Part shown: piece by piece, positions 46,243 to 55,695 of the stretch | How the letters are laid out: each line of letters begins with the position of its first letter | How positions within the stretch are numbered: the first letter of the stretch is position 1 | Source of the DNA: an uncultured bacterium | Lineage (GTDB): Bacteria > Latescibacterota > UBA2968 | Assembly (NCBI GenBank): GCA_964471275.1 | Contig: CAYYGZ010000002.1 | Location: forward strand, 1-55,695 | Direction of reading: 5' to 3' | DNA: 55,695 bases | Position numbers and translations under genes: made by a program | Notes under the pieces: model-generated | Told to the model about the DNA's origin: nothing | What the model saw: only the letters and a program-made list of their open reading frames with translations | Databases searched by the model: none

Positions 46243-47658
46243 CTAGCCGCGCTCCTTCAAGTCATACATAGCGATCATGTATGGGTGGTCGGGATCGAGG
46301 TGTGTTAGCGTGTCCGGGTCGTCGACACGACCTGAAGGTCTGATGTTCTCGCCGGTAACACCGACTGAATCATCACCGATGTCCTTGCGGCATGCGTCGG
46401 CCTTCGCCTCGAGGTCAGCGACGATGTCAGGATACTGATCGTAGAGATTCTGCGTTTCGCCGATGTCAGTCTCCAGATCGTAAAGCTCCTGGAGTTTCTC
46501 TATCGCCGGCACACTTCCCCTGTCCACTGTCAGGTTACCTGACTTCTTCGGTGCCTCCCGTCGTATGTGCAGCTTCCACTTACCGCTTCGCACGGCTTCA
46601 AGGACGTTCTTCTTGTAATAGAAGAATGCGTCGTGCGGTGATTCGGCGCCGGGCTCGTCGTAGAGGATTGGTTGAATGTCCTTGCCGTCGATGATACGGT
46701 CGGACGGGCATTCAGCAGCGCCGACCGCGGCCAGTGTCGGGTAAAGGTCCATCGAGAGCGTCAGTTCATTGCAGACTTTTCCGGCTGGGATCTTGCCGGG
46801 CCAGCGCGCGATCATTGGCACCCGCATCCCGCCTTCCCACGTGGTTCCCTTGATTCCTCTCAGGTTGCCGTTGCTCCCGCCCTGCCCCTGCATCCGCGAC
46901 CCGTTATCGCTGGTGAAGATGACAAGGGTGTCCTCATCCAGTCCCAGGGACTTGAGTTCCTGAAGGAGGGCGTCCGTCGCCCAATCGATGGCAGCGACCG
47001 CTCCTCCGTAAGGACCGTTATCGGATTCACGGAGGAATCGCTCGGGTGGATAGTGCGGCAGGTGAACGTGCATGTGCGCGAGATAGAGGAAGAATGGCGT
47101 CTTTTTGCCGGCATTCTCTCTGAGGAAGCGAACGGATTCCTCGACATACCGTTCCGTGACTCCGCGCTGGTCGGGTTGAGCCTGAATGACGGTCTCGTCT
47201 CTCAGGAGAGGGAGGGGTGGATACTTGTCCTCCTCCCTCTGTATCCCCATATCGTTGCTGTACGGGATACCGTAGTAGCTGTCGAAACCGTGTCGTGTCG
47301 GTAAATGCTCCTTCTGATCGCCACAATGCCATTTCCCCACGATTTTCGTTGCGTAGCCCGTATCCTTCAGCAGACGTGCGACGGTCACTTCACTCGGATT
47401 CAGCCCGATCGGCATCCCCGGGAAGAGAACCCAGCATCCATCGAATTCACCGAAGCCGATCCGGGGTGGGTAGCATCCCGTGAGCATTGCGCCCCGTGAT
47501 GGTGAACAGACAGGGGAGGCCATGTAGAAATCCGTGAACCGCGTTCCCTCCGTGGCCATTCTGTCGATTCCGGGTGTCTTGTTGATCTCTGAACCGTAGC
47601 AGCCCAGGTCGCCATACCCCAGGTCGTCACAGTTGATCAAGATGATGTTCGGTTTCAC
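46243..47658 (-). CDS. Arylsulfatase (S1, Cys-type, cytoplasmic)
   Basis: DDLGYGDLG, CSPSRGAMLTG, GKWHCG, SDNG, KGTTWEGGMRVP. Confidence 0.96.
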   Translation of the reverse strand: MKPNIILINCDDLGYGDLGCYGSEINKTPGIDRMATEGTRFTDFYMASPVCSPSRGAMLTGCYPPRIGFGEFDGCWVLFPGMPIGLNPSEVTVARLLKDTGYATKIVGKWHCGDQKEHLPTRHGFDSYYGIPYSNDMGIQREEDKYPPLPLLRDETVIQAQPDQRGVTERYVEESVRFLRENAGKKTPFFLYLAHMHVHLPHYPPERFLRESDNGPYGGAVAAIDWATDALLQELKSLGLDEDTLVIFTSDNGSRMQGQGGSNGNLRGIKGTTWEGGMRVPMIARWPGKIPAGKVCNELTLSMDLYPTLAAVGAAECPSDRIIDGKDIQPILYDEPGAESPHDAFFYYKKNVLEAVRSGKWKLHIRREAPKKSGNLTVDRGSVPAIEKLQELYDLETDIGETQNLYDQYPDIVADLEAKADACRKDIGDDSVGVTGENIRPSGRVDDPDTLTHLDPDHPYMIAMYDLKERG

Positions 47659-47749
47659 GTTTGCCTCCTTGTCCTGCTGCCGTTATACGTACCGCTCGTC
47701 GACATCCATCGTTTAGTCATCACGTTGCGCCATCGAATGTTTGTTGCAA

Positions 47750-48462
47750 TCAGAACCATCGACGAAGGTCCGAGATTTTTTGCACAATGTGGTCCGGTAT
47801 GACGTCGCTGTTATCGGGAAGAGCATCTGGAGGCAGACCCATCAGCTGGTATTTGGCGGCCGGCCAGATGACCCAGATGCCGAGCGAGCCCAGGTGCTGG
47901 GTGGTTTCCAGATCCCACTCCAGACCGTCTCCGACGGTCTAGGTCTCGGAGGGCACACGTCAAGCAGGTCGAGCGCCTCGCGATATACGCGCTCTTCAGG
48001 CTTGCCGTAGCCCATCTCGCCTTCGATCAGGATGACCTCGAAGTATCGTTGCAAACCGTGTATGACGGCCTTTCTACGTTGCGGTTCACCCTCTCCGCTG
48101 GTGAGCAGGGCGAGTTTGATGTCTCGGTTGCGACAGTGAAGGAATGTTTCCTCCGGGCTGGGGAACAGCCGAGAGACCTCTACACGTTTACTCGAGTAGG
48201 CCGAGGCCAATTGCTCGGAGAGGCATCCGTCTTCCAACTCAAAGGCGTTCAGGGCCTTCGAAAGGCCTCATCCAGCAGGACCGTCACGAGGATGACCCGC
48301 TGTCAGAAGCTCGTTCGTCGTGTTGTGAATCGACAGCGGCAGGCCAGGCACATCATCCAGACCGTGGCGCTCGCACAGTCTCTGCCACGCAAGCAGGATG
48401 GTTTTCGACCAGGCAAGGAGCGTGTCATCGAGGTCAAAAAGGATGGCTTTAGGTGTGTTCAT
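47750..48462 (-). pseudogene. HAD-family hydrolase, disrupted
   Basis: AILFDLDDTL, stop at 48268, ALLTSG, GKPEERVY, then frameshift to ET*TVGDGLEWD...LGSLGIWV. Confidence 0.85.
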
Positions 48463-48517
48463 CAGTGGACCGGTAGGTTGGTTTACTGTTTGTGAGTTCA
48501 CGTGCTGCACGTGTAAG

Positions 48518-48579
48518 CCGGTCTCTCGATACGTCCTTTGCCACGAGATCTACGGGGGTAGGGCACTCGAGAAGACGGC
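48518..48579. repeat. REP-like palindrome, copy 2 (divergent)
   Basis: TCTCTCGATAC-(variable hairpin)-GGCACTCGAGA within a GCCG/TCT...AGA/CGGC outer stem. Confidence 0.65.
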
Positions 48580-48830
48580 GCCTTTCGACTGAGCTGGTAA
48601 GCCGTGTTTTTTATTATGCTAACCTGGATAATCCACAGATTGCCGACGATGGCTGTGGGCCTTCGGCCGAAAAGGCCGTTCGCACAAAGCCTTCGGCCCG
48701 TATGGATTCCTCGTCTCTCGCTATTCTCGATGCTGAAGGAGTTGTGGTCACGGGTCACGATTTGCTGCTTGCGCTCCGTGTATGCTTGCTCCGTCTGAAT
48801 GACGTTGGTCGGTTTTGCGGATCGCTCAAG

Positions 48831-49826
48831 CTAGAGCGTGTATCTTTTCAGGTCCAGCCAAGCCATCTCTTCAGGTGTCAGTTCAACGTCGAGGGCCGCG
48901 AGGTTGGCCTCAGCTTCGGCGTGGGTGAGGACGCAGATGATCGTGTAGAGGTCGAGTTGCTGGCAGAGCGTGAAGGCAAGGGCTACCTGCGGGACACTGA
49001 GTCCCTTCTGTCTGGCAAGCTGCTCAACACGTGTGAGGCGTTCGAAGTTCTCATCGTTGCAGTAGGCTCGGTCGCACGGCTCAGGAAGCTGACTCTTGTA
49101 GGCTTCGTAGGACTCGCGATTGAACCGGCCCGAAAAGAATCCCTGCGCCATACTCGACCAGAAGAATAGTGGCATTGCCCGTTCGGCATACCAGTTTCTG
49201 GCGTCAACGCCCTGATCGCCGCTCAGACTGATGCAGTCGGCCCAGGGCGGTTCGGATTCGACAGCCAACGTGAAGTTCGGGCTGCTGATCTTGAAGGACG
49301 CCAGCCCGTTCGATTCCGCATACGCGTTGGCTTCCGCGATTCTCTGGTATGTCCAGTTTGATGCTCCGAACACCTTGATCCGTCCTGCGTCTTTGTGCTC
49401 GTTGAGGGAGTCGATGATCGGGCCGACCGGCACCGACGGATCGTCACGATGGAGCAGGTAGATGTCGATGTGATCCGTTCGCAGGCGAGCGAGTGAGTCG
49501 TGCAGGTCAGACGCGATGTCGAAGGGCCTGACACGCTTCCGGTCGGAATTGTGATGGGCGCCCTTGGTCAGGATGACCGTATCGTCTCTACAGTCCCGCG
49601 TGGCCATCCACTCGCCGAGCAATCGTTCGGCGTTGCCGCCCATGTATACGTGACCCGTGTCGAAGGTCGTGATGCCCAGCTCGCGACAGTGGTCGAACAG
49701 GTCCAGCATATACCCGGGTCCCGATATGCGCTCGAGCAGGTCGGGCGGACCCTGGGGACTGGTTCCCTGAAGAATTCGGGAGACGGCCTTGTCGAGGCCG
49801 GCTATGCGGCCATACTGCATCGGCAT
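48831..49826 (-). CDS. Aldo/keto reductase
   Basis: FDTGHVY...AERLLG, ILTKG, SLARLRTDHIDIYLLHRDD, FGASNW. Confidence 0.95.
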   Translation of the reverse strand: MPMQYGRIAGLDKAVSRILQGTSPQGPPDLLERISGPGYMLDLFDHCRELGITTFDTGHVYMGGNAERLLGEWMATRDCRDDTVILTKGAHHNSDRKRVRPFDIASDLHDSLARLRTDHIDIYLLHRDDPSVPVGPIIDSLNEHKDAGRIKVFGASNWTYQRIAEANAYAESNGLASFKISSPNFTLAVESEPPWADCISLSGDQGVDARNWYAERAMPLFFWSSMAQGFFSGRFNRESYEAYKSQLPEPCDRAYCNDENFERLTRVEQLARQKGLSVPQVALAFTLCQQLDLYTIICVLTHAEAEANLAALDVELTPEEMAWLDLKRYTL

Positions 49827-49834
49827 CGGTTACC

Positions 49835-50470
49835 TCACTCGTTTTCCGTGGATCTCTGAAAAGCTGTGATCCAGACATCATCACCTTTCTTCGATGCTTT
49901 TTCACGGATGATACGATCGACTACGGTAAGACCGCGACGCTGGAACGTCTGAATGTGATCAGGGGTCAACGCCCAAGGCGGCCCGGATTCGAACGAACGT
50001 TCCTCGCTGCCCACGATCGCGACGACCAGCAGCTGCCCATCCTCCGCGACGTAGTCAGCAATCCTGCCGATTACCTCGTCCTCATATCGAGGAGGAAGAG
50101 CCTGAATCGTGTAGATTTCGAGCACGAAGTCGAAACGACCCGCCCATCCTGCGTTCTCAGCAAACAGGTCGCCCTGAAGGAAGGTGACGTCAGAGTCCGG
50201 GAATCGACGATTGCAATGTGCGATCGCAGATTCGGAAACGTCGAACGCTGTGACTTTGAAGCCACGCGAGGACAGCTCGATCGCGTCGTCACCCATGCCG
50301 CACCCAACGACGAGCGCAGATCGATCGCCGCCCTTTAGATCCTTCTGGTCGAGCCAGGCCTTGAAGCTGGGCTGGGTTTCCATATGTGCCCAGGAGGGGC
50401 CGGCGCCCGACTCACCTGCATCTCGGTAGAGTGGTTCGAACCATTCTGTGGGCCGGTATTCATCGGGCAT
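49835..50470 (-). CDS. Class I SAM-dependent methyltransferase (thiopurine MT-like)
   Basis: ALVVGCGMGDDA, TAFDVS, GDLF, FDFVLEIYTIQALP, GPPW. Confidence 0.92.
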   Translation of the reverse strand: MPDEYRPTEWFEPLYRDAGESGAGPSWAHMETQPSFKAWLDQKDLKGGDRSALVVGCGMGDDAIELSSRGFKVTAFDVSESAIAHCNRRFPDSDVTFLQGDLFAENAGWAGRFDFVLEIYTIQALPPRYEDEVIGRIADYVAEDGQLLVVAIVGSEERSFESGPPWALTPDHIQTFQRRGLTVVDRIIREKASKKGDDVWITAFQRSTENE

Positions 50471-50585
50471 ATGGCGATCGTCAGGATGTGTGACTGATGG
50501 GGGTCTCTCTTCGATGCGGTCGAATAACCCGAAATTCCGGGCGACACGAATCCTTCAATTACTAAACCCGGAGATTGATCGATAT

Positions 50586-52103
50586 CTACAGATCGGTAAT
50601 GACGTTGAGACCTTCGGGATCGGGGAGGACGTAGCGGACGGGCTGTAGTGAACCATCCGAATTCTGGACGGCCTGTACGTGCCTGCATTTGATGACAGAA
50701 TGCTCGATGGACAGGCCATCGTCAATCCTGCAACCGTAAAGGTAGCTGGTACCTTTAATGGTGACCTGTTCTCCCACGCGTAGCGGGAAATCATCGCTGC
50801 CAGTCATGATCACGCCAGACTCGACCCGACTGCCAGCACCGATCTGCAGGTCACCCTTGAGGATGTTCCGGCTGAGAATCTGAGACCCGTTGCCGAGGAT
50901 GAGTCGCTGATTTGGGTAGGTGCTGAGCTCGACTCCGACACCGATGTGCACGTCCTCGCCCAGGATGACGTTGCCCGTCAGCTGGCTGCGATCGCCGATC
51001 TGGACGCGGCGATTGAGTTCGACTGACTGGCCAATGTGTGCACCTTTGCCGATCACGATGTCAAGCGGCCCTTTCTTTTGGTCGAGCGTGACGATCTGAT
51101 CGACCACCTCGTCTGCGATGAAGAAATCCTCCTCGTCAACGATCGTGACCGTGTCCTTCAGGCGCTCATATACGCGCTCACGCGCGATCGATTCCATCTG
51201 TCTCCATACGCTCTTGACGTTGAACGCCAGGATGTCCTGCTCGCTTTCCGCGACCGTGGCACGTACGACCAGGCCATTCCGGTTGAACAGATTCACCAGA
51301 TCGGTGAGCTGGAGTTCGCCCTGCGCGTTGTCGGTCTTGAGCTGCGCAATGTAATTCCGGAGCGGGCCCTCACGGAAGGCGAACGTCAGCGTGTCGATTT
51401 CACATGTTTCCAGTAGCATCTGACGATCGAAGGCGTAGGTCCGCCCGTTGTAAACAACCTCGTAGGGCGTTTCATCATCCTGTGCGAGGATGTCGCGATG
51501 CTGTCGGATCTCGATCACGCAGTCCCGATCCGTGCCCGATGGGGAACCGGAAGCATCCGTTTCCGGGACGCGCAGAATCCTTCCATAGTAATTACTCTCG
51601 ACAGGACCGCTGTACTGACCTGTCAGCATCATCATATCTGCCGACGAAGACTCGAAGATGCTCCGGAATCGCGAGACGACGTCAGCTGTGAGCAGGCCCA
51701 TATCACCGGGAAAGATATAGATGTCCCTGTCGTTGCCTGAGTTCTCGAATGCCTCGAGCGCGATTCTGGCAGCGTCGCCAGTACCCGCGGGAAGCCCAAG
51801 GGCTGGGTTCTCCTGGTATGCGAAGACGCGGCCCGGTTTGCTTCCAGTGGATCGGATCACGTCCGCGCCCTTCATCCCGACCACGACGACCTGGTTGGGA
51901 CTCTCGAGCCCGCTGTAGACAGCTTCGGCTACGCGCAGAGCTGACGGTCGTCCCCAGATCGGGTGCAGCATCTTCGATGTCTCGGAGCGGATGCGTTTGC
52001 CGTGTCCGGCTGCGAGGACGATACCCACACGCGAAGCGGTTGAATCGAATTCGGTGTTGAGCTTTCTGAGAAGGTCGTGGATATGACCGTTTTCATCCGA
52101 CAC
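50586..52103 (-). CDS. GlmU-like nucleotidyltransferase with left-handed beta-helix
   Basis: GIVLAAGHGKRIRS..SKMLH, GTGDA, YGRILR, QGELQLTDL; hexapeptide repeats; GTG start after GAGGAG. Confidence 0.85.
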   Translation of the reverse strand: MSDENGHIHDLLRKLNTEFDSTASRVGIVLAAGHGKRIRSETSKMLHPIWGRPSALRVAEAVYSGLESPNQVVVVGMKGADVIRSTGSKPGRVFAYQENPALGLPAGTGDAARIALEAFENSGNDRDIYIFPGDMGLLTADVVSRFRSIFESSSADMMMLTGQYSGPVESNYYGRILRVPETDASGSPSGTDRDCVIEIRQHRDILAQDDETPYEVVYNGRTYAFDRQMLLETCEIDTLTFAFREGPLRNYIAQLKTDNAQGELQLTDLVNLFNRNGLVVRATVAESEQDILAFNVKSVWRQMESIARERVYERLKDTVTIVDEEDFFIADEVVDQIVTLDQKKGPLDIVIGKGAHIGQSVELNRRVQIGDRSQLTGNVILGEDVHIGVGVELSTYPNQRLILGNGSQILSRNILKGDLQIGAGSRVESGVIMTGSDDFPLRVGEQVTIKGTSYLYGCRIDDGLSIEHSVIKCRHVQAVQNSDGSLQPVRYVLPDPEGLNVITDL

Positions 52104-52487
52104 AGGGCATGGCTCCTCAGGAGATGAATCGACTACGGGGCTTCGGCAGCAGGGGAGAACACGGAGGCCTATGAATATAGGTCCCCCCGGGCCGTATCGC
52201 GAGAGGACTTGTCTGTGGTCAGGCCCGTCACGAGTAATCGGGATGCTTTGTCGTGCGCTGTTTCCACCTTCAAGCGACCGTTCCCTGTCTGCTCCCCGTC
52301 GATAGTCAAGTAGTCGGTTCGGCGAAATCAAGTCAATTGCCTCGCGTGTATTCTACGGCAAGCCACAGGATTGGCATTGTACTGACTCCTGATCGGATGG
52401 GGATCCCCTACACTTGTGTATCGCCCGCGTTGGTTGGATCTTGAGTCGTTCGCACAACACTCACGTACTTCACGAGGATCCAGATTT

Positions 52488-54365
52488 ATGCTGCTTTCCA
52501 TCTTTACGGACGAACTTGGCGTCGACATTACGAAGGCCATCCCAACGATTAAGTCCTGGGGACTTGACACGGTCGATCTTCGGGGTCGTGTCTACGGAAA
52601 ATCGTTTGAAACACTCGATGATGGCCAACTTGACAGCCTGAAGAAACTGATCGATGACCACGGGATGAAGGTTGGATGTCTACAGTCATCGCTGGCAAAG
52701 TCTCATCAACCCGATGCGGATGTGCGTGCTGGTGAAGCCGAGAAGCTCGAGGGAGTCATCCGTGCTGCAGACGCGCTCGGCTGCCGGAGGGTGAGGTCGT
52801 TTTTCTTCTGGCAGAAGTACAGTGAAGGATCGGGCGCGCTGGCCGTGCAGCCGGATCAGTTGCAGAAGACGATGGATATGTTTGCGCCGCTGGCCGAGCG
52901 TGCGAAAGAAGCAGAACTCACCCTGGCGTTCGAGAACTGCGGCACGACGACAGGTGAAGTGTTCGCGATGCTCGATATGATGGATATGCCCGGGTGGGGC
53001 CTGGCGTGGGATCCGCACAACAACTGGGGCAGTGAAGCGTGGGAGAAGGAAGGGGATGCCTACGTCCAGCGGATGATAGCGCGCTCGACGATGCTACACA
53101 TCAAAGCGCGATATGCTGTCGAAGGGCTCAGCGACGACCTCATTCCGTATGAGCGGATTCTAGAATCGTTTCTGAACAGAGGATTCGATGGTCCGGTCAG
53201 TGTCGAGACGCACAACCCTGATCGCTTGGTGAGCAACGAGGAGATGTCGAAACGGACCGTGCTGGCGATGCAGCGTGCGTGGCCAACAGCCGCTCCCGGG
53301 GGCGTGGTTGCGCAGAAATCCGGACAGGGTCTGAAGCGTCCGTGGCACGATGAACCGGTCGGGTTTGCGGTCATTGGATTGGGCATGGGTTTCAACCGGG
53401 CGAGACAACTGACTGAAACCTCAGGCACGCGGCTGGTGGGTGTATGTGATCTGAACGCAGAGCTGGCGCAGAAGGCTGGGGGGACGTTCGACGTCCCGCA
53501 TTCGCTCGATATGGATCGCTGGCTCGAGAACGATGATGTCGAAGTGATCATGGTGATGTCAGAAACGGGAAATCACGGCAAAGTGGCAGAACGGGCACTC
53601 AACGTGGGCAAGCACGTGTTGACGACGAAGCCGATGGACGCGAACGTGGCGAACTGTGATTCGATGATCAAACTGGCGGACGAGAAAGGCCTGATGTTGG
53701 GTGTCGATTTCGAGATGCGGCACACACCTGGGTTCTGTGCGCTGCAGAAGGTGATCCGGGAGGGGCACCTCGGTAAACTGAGAGCGGGCAACCTGCACCT
53801 GAAGGTTCAGCGCGAGGAAGCGTATTTCAAGCACAACAATGCGTGGCGTGGCACCCGGGAGTTCGACGGCGGCGGCGTGTTGTCGAACCAGTCGATTCAC
53901 TATGTCGATATGGTTGCATTCTCGGCAGGTGTGCCTTCGAGAGTGCGAGCGAACGTGTGGAACCAGAACCATCCGTATATCGAAGCGGAGGATCTCGGAT
54001 CCGCGATCTGGGAATACGAAGACGGTCATATGTTGACGTATACAGCGACGACGTGCTATCCACAGGCGACCTGGTACTTCCAGTATGAACTTCACGGGGA
54101 GAAGGGCGCCTATTTCGAGGCGGGAGGCGGACCGTTCGAAGGGCCGACGACGAAATGGTTCTACGACGGCGCCTGGCGGACCGATGCCCCTGTTGAAGAC
54201 GAACCGGAGTGGTTCAATTCGATGGACAACTTTGCGGCGGCTATCAGGGATGGGGCACCGCTGACGGCGACGGGAAGAGACGGCCGTGTGAGTCGGGCGA
54301 TTCTGGACGCGATGTATGAGTCGGCGCTAGACAGGGATGGTGGATGGGTTGAGGTGAATGCTTGA
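52488..54365 (+). CDS. Fusion of sugar-phosphate isomerase/AP-endonuclease-2 TIM barrel and Gfo/Idh/MocA oxidoreductase
   Basis: N-terminal LAFEN, WDPHN, LHIK, SVETH; C-terminal VIGLGMG, GKHVLTTKPM, GGGVLSNQSIHYVD. Confidence 0.9.
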   Translation: MLLSIFTDELGVDITKAIPTIKSWGLDTVDLRGRVYGKSFETLDDGQLDSLKKLIDDHGMKVGCLQSSLAKSHQPDADVRAGEAEKLEGVIRAADALGCRRVRSFFFWQKYSEGSGALAVQPDQLQKTMDMFAPLAERAKEAELTLAFENCGTTTGEVFAMLDMMDMPGWGLAWDPHNNWGSEAWEKEGDAYVQRMIARSTMLHIKARYAVEGLSDDLIPYERILESFLNRGFDGPVSVETHNPDRLVSNEEMSKRTVLAMQRAWPTAAPGGVVAQKSGQGLKRPWHDEPVGFAVIGLGMGFNRARQLTETSGTRLVGVCDLNAELAQKAGGTFDVPHSLDMDRWLENDDVEVIMVMSETGNHGKVAERALNVGKHVLTTKPMDANVANCDSMIKLADEKGLMLGVDFEMRHTPGFCALQKVIREGHLGKLRAGNLHLKVQREEAYFKHNNAWRGTREFDGGGVLSNQSIHYVDMVAFSAGVPSRVRANVWNQNHPYIEAEDLGSAIWEYEDGHMLTYTATTCYPQATWYFQYELHGEKGAYFEAGGGPFEGPTTKWFYDGAWRTDAPVEDEPEWFNSMDNFAAAIRDGAPLTATGRDGRVSRAILDAMYESALDRDGGWVEVNA

Positions 54366-54536
54366 AAGCAGAAGAGCATTAACCCCAGAGGATACACCTC
54401 GGCTTTGCTCAGTGCAGGTTCTAGATGCGGAGGTTTGGGACTGGTCGGGGTCAGGGGCACAAGCTGGGCTCTGGTTGATCCGGCGGGCAGGGCAGGCCGA
54501 GCAGCAGAGCTTGAGATGTTCAGAGGTGATAGGCCA

Positions 54537-54583
54537 GCCTCTCGATACACCTGCACTCCGTGCAGGCACTCGAGGACACGGTG
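54537..54583. repeat. REP-like palindrome, copy 3
   Basis: GCCTCTCGATACAC-CTGCAC-TCC-GTGCAG-GCACTCGAGGACACGGTG; flanks identical to copy 1. Confidence 0.8.
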
Positions 54584-54604
54584 TTCAAGCGAGGTGATGG
54601 TGCT

Positions 54605-55618
54605 ATGAGTGATGTGAGTTTCGGGATTCTGGGGATGGGGCGCGGGAGGAAGGCAGCGGCGCAGGTTGTGGCTGCAGAGGGGGCGACGCTGGCGTGTGTG
54701 TGTGATCTGCAGGAGGACAAGGCGAGGGAGAAGGCGGCGGAGTTTGGATGTGACTGGACGACCGATTACAAGGAGATGTTTGCCCGAGAGGATATCGATG
54801 CACTCGGTGTCTACACATCCAGCGGGACTCACTGCGATTATGCGATCGAGGCGTTGAAGGCGGATAAACATGCGTTTACGACGAAGCCGATGGACATTCG
54901 CGTCGAGAAGTGTGATGCGGCGATCCGGACGGCGAAAGAGGTCGGGAAGGTTCTGGCGGTGGACTTCGGGAACCGTTATTCGGCAGAGAATCAGAGGCTG
55001 AAGGCGGCGATCAGCGATGGGGTGATCGGTGATGTCATCCTTGGCGATATCAAGATGAAATGGTGGCGGGAGCAGAGCTACTACAACGGAGGGTATCCGC
55101 TGGGATGGCGCAGCCGAAGGGAGACGGAGGGGGGATCGATCGCGAACCAGGGTGTTCACTTTGTCGACCTGATCTACTGGTTGCTCGGTCCTGTGAAGGA
55201 AGTGTATGGACGCAGCGGGACGATGACGCACGATATCGAGACCGAGGATATGACGATTGTCCAGCTGACGTTCCAGAGCGGCGCGTGGGGTCTGATCACG
55301 ACAACGACCTCTAGTTATCCGAATCTGGGAACGCGGATCGAGATCAGCGGAGCAAAGGGTACTGTGCGATGGGGACAGGGGAAGGGAACCGATGCCAGCA
55401 GCATTGAGATTATCACGAAAGACAACGAGTCAGTTGATCTGGACGCGTTCGAGATCCCGGGAACGGTGGCGGATATCGCGGAGGATATGGTGTCGGCCAT
55501 CACGAAGGGGACGGCGCCGGTGGTGTCTGGTGAAGAGGGGAGGAAGTCAGTAGAGATTTTCTGTGCAGCGTATGCATCGGCGGAGAGTGGGAGTCCGGTG
55601 GTGATTGATCAGAAGTAA
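54605..55618 (+). CDS. Gfo/Idh/MocA-family oxidoreductase
   Basis: GILGMGRG, KHAFTTKPM, WWREQSYY..GWR, GGSIANQGVHFVD, IETED. Confidence 0.95.
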   Translation: MSDVSFGILGMGRGRKAAAQVVAAEGATLACVCDLQEDKAREKAAEFGCDWTTDYKEMFAREDIDALGVYTSSGTHCDYAIEALKADKHAFTTKPMDIRVEKCDAAIRTAKEVGKVLAVDFGNRYSAENQRLKAAISDGVIGDVILGDIKMKWWREQSYYNGGYPLGWRSRRETEGGSIANQGVHFVDLIYWLLGPVKEVYGRSGTMTHDIETEDMTIVQLTFQSGAWGLITTTTSSYPNLGTRIEISGAKGTVRWGQGKGTDASSIEIITKDNESVDLDAFEIPGTVADIAEDMVSAITKGTAPVVSGEEGRKSVEIFCAAYASAESGSPVVIDQK

Positions 55619-55695
55619 GGAAGTATACTAGTGTCGTGTTCCAGAAATAACCATGCAAAGTCGCTGGATCTTTGATAGGATCGACTCAGCTGCAG

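Noticed and set aside
54161..55231. 356-aa minus-strand ORF
   Set aside because: Antisense to the well-supported Gfo/Idh/MocA genes and runs through REP-like DNA.
1..55695. CRISPR array, rRNA, tRNA or intact transposase/integrase
   Set aside because: No regularly spaced direct repeats, cloverleafs or full recombinase ORFs were found by eye.

Overview
GC-rich bacterial scaffold with two 100-N gaps, probably from a draft or metagenome assembly. The sulfatase and polysaccharide-lyase content and a Na+-type stator suggest a marine or sediment heterotroph, possibly Latescibacterota-like (inference only). Bases 1-22008 hold a minus-strand flagellar cluster: flgB-orf-lytic transglycosylase-fliE-fliF-fliH-fliI-fliJ-ylxF/motE-like-fliK-flgD-TIGR02530-like-flgE-flbD-motA-motB1-motB2(frameshifted)-fliN-fliO-fliP-fliQ-fliR-flhB-flhA(partial). 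flgC, fliG, fliL and fliM are missing from their canonical slots. Sigma54-type promoters precede flgB and fliO. Sigma70-type promoters precede flhA and a nearby receiver/PAS-kinase/NtrC (FleSR/FlgSR-like) operon at 28.3-32.0 kb. The remainder is metabolic: modBC, a CBS protein, three sulfatases, heparinase II/III, a broken PL8 lyase, hydrolases, YjjX, a dipeptidase, SDR, RraA-like, AKR, a methyltransferase, an atypical GlmU-like protein and two Gfo/Idh/MocA enzymes. Several genes are pseudogenes. The most notable non-coding signals are a ~270-nt highly structured RNA with its own promoter, a sequestered 12-codon uORF and a terminator (26.38-26.68 kb); a tandem-hairpin leader before flgE; an IS110-like remnant with a structured left end (44.1-44.6 kb); and a REP-like palindrome family with compensatory changes.
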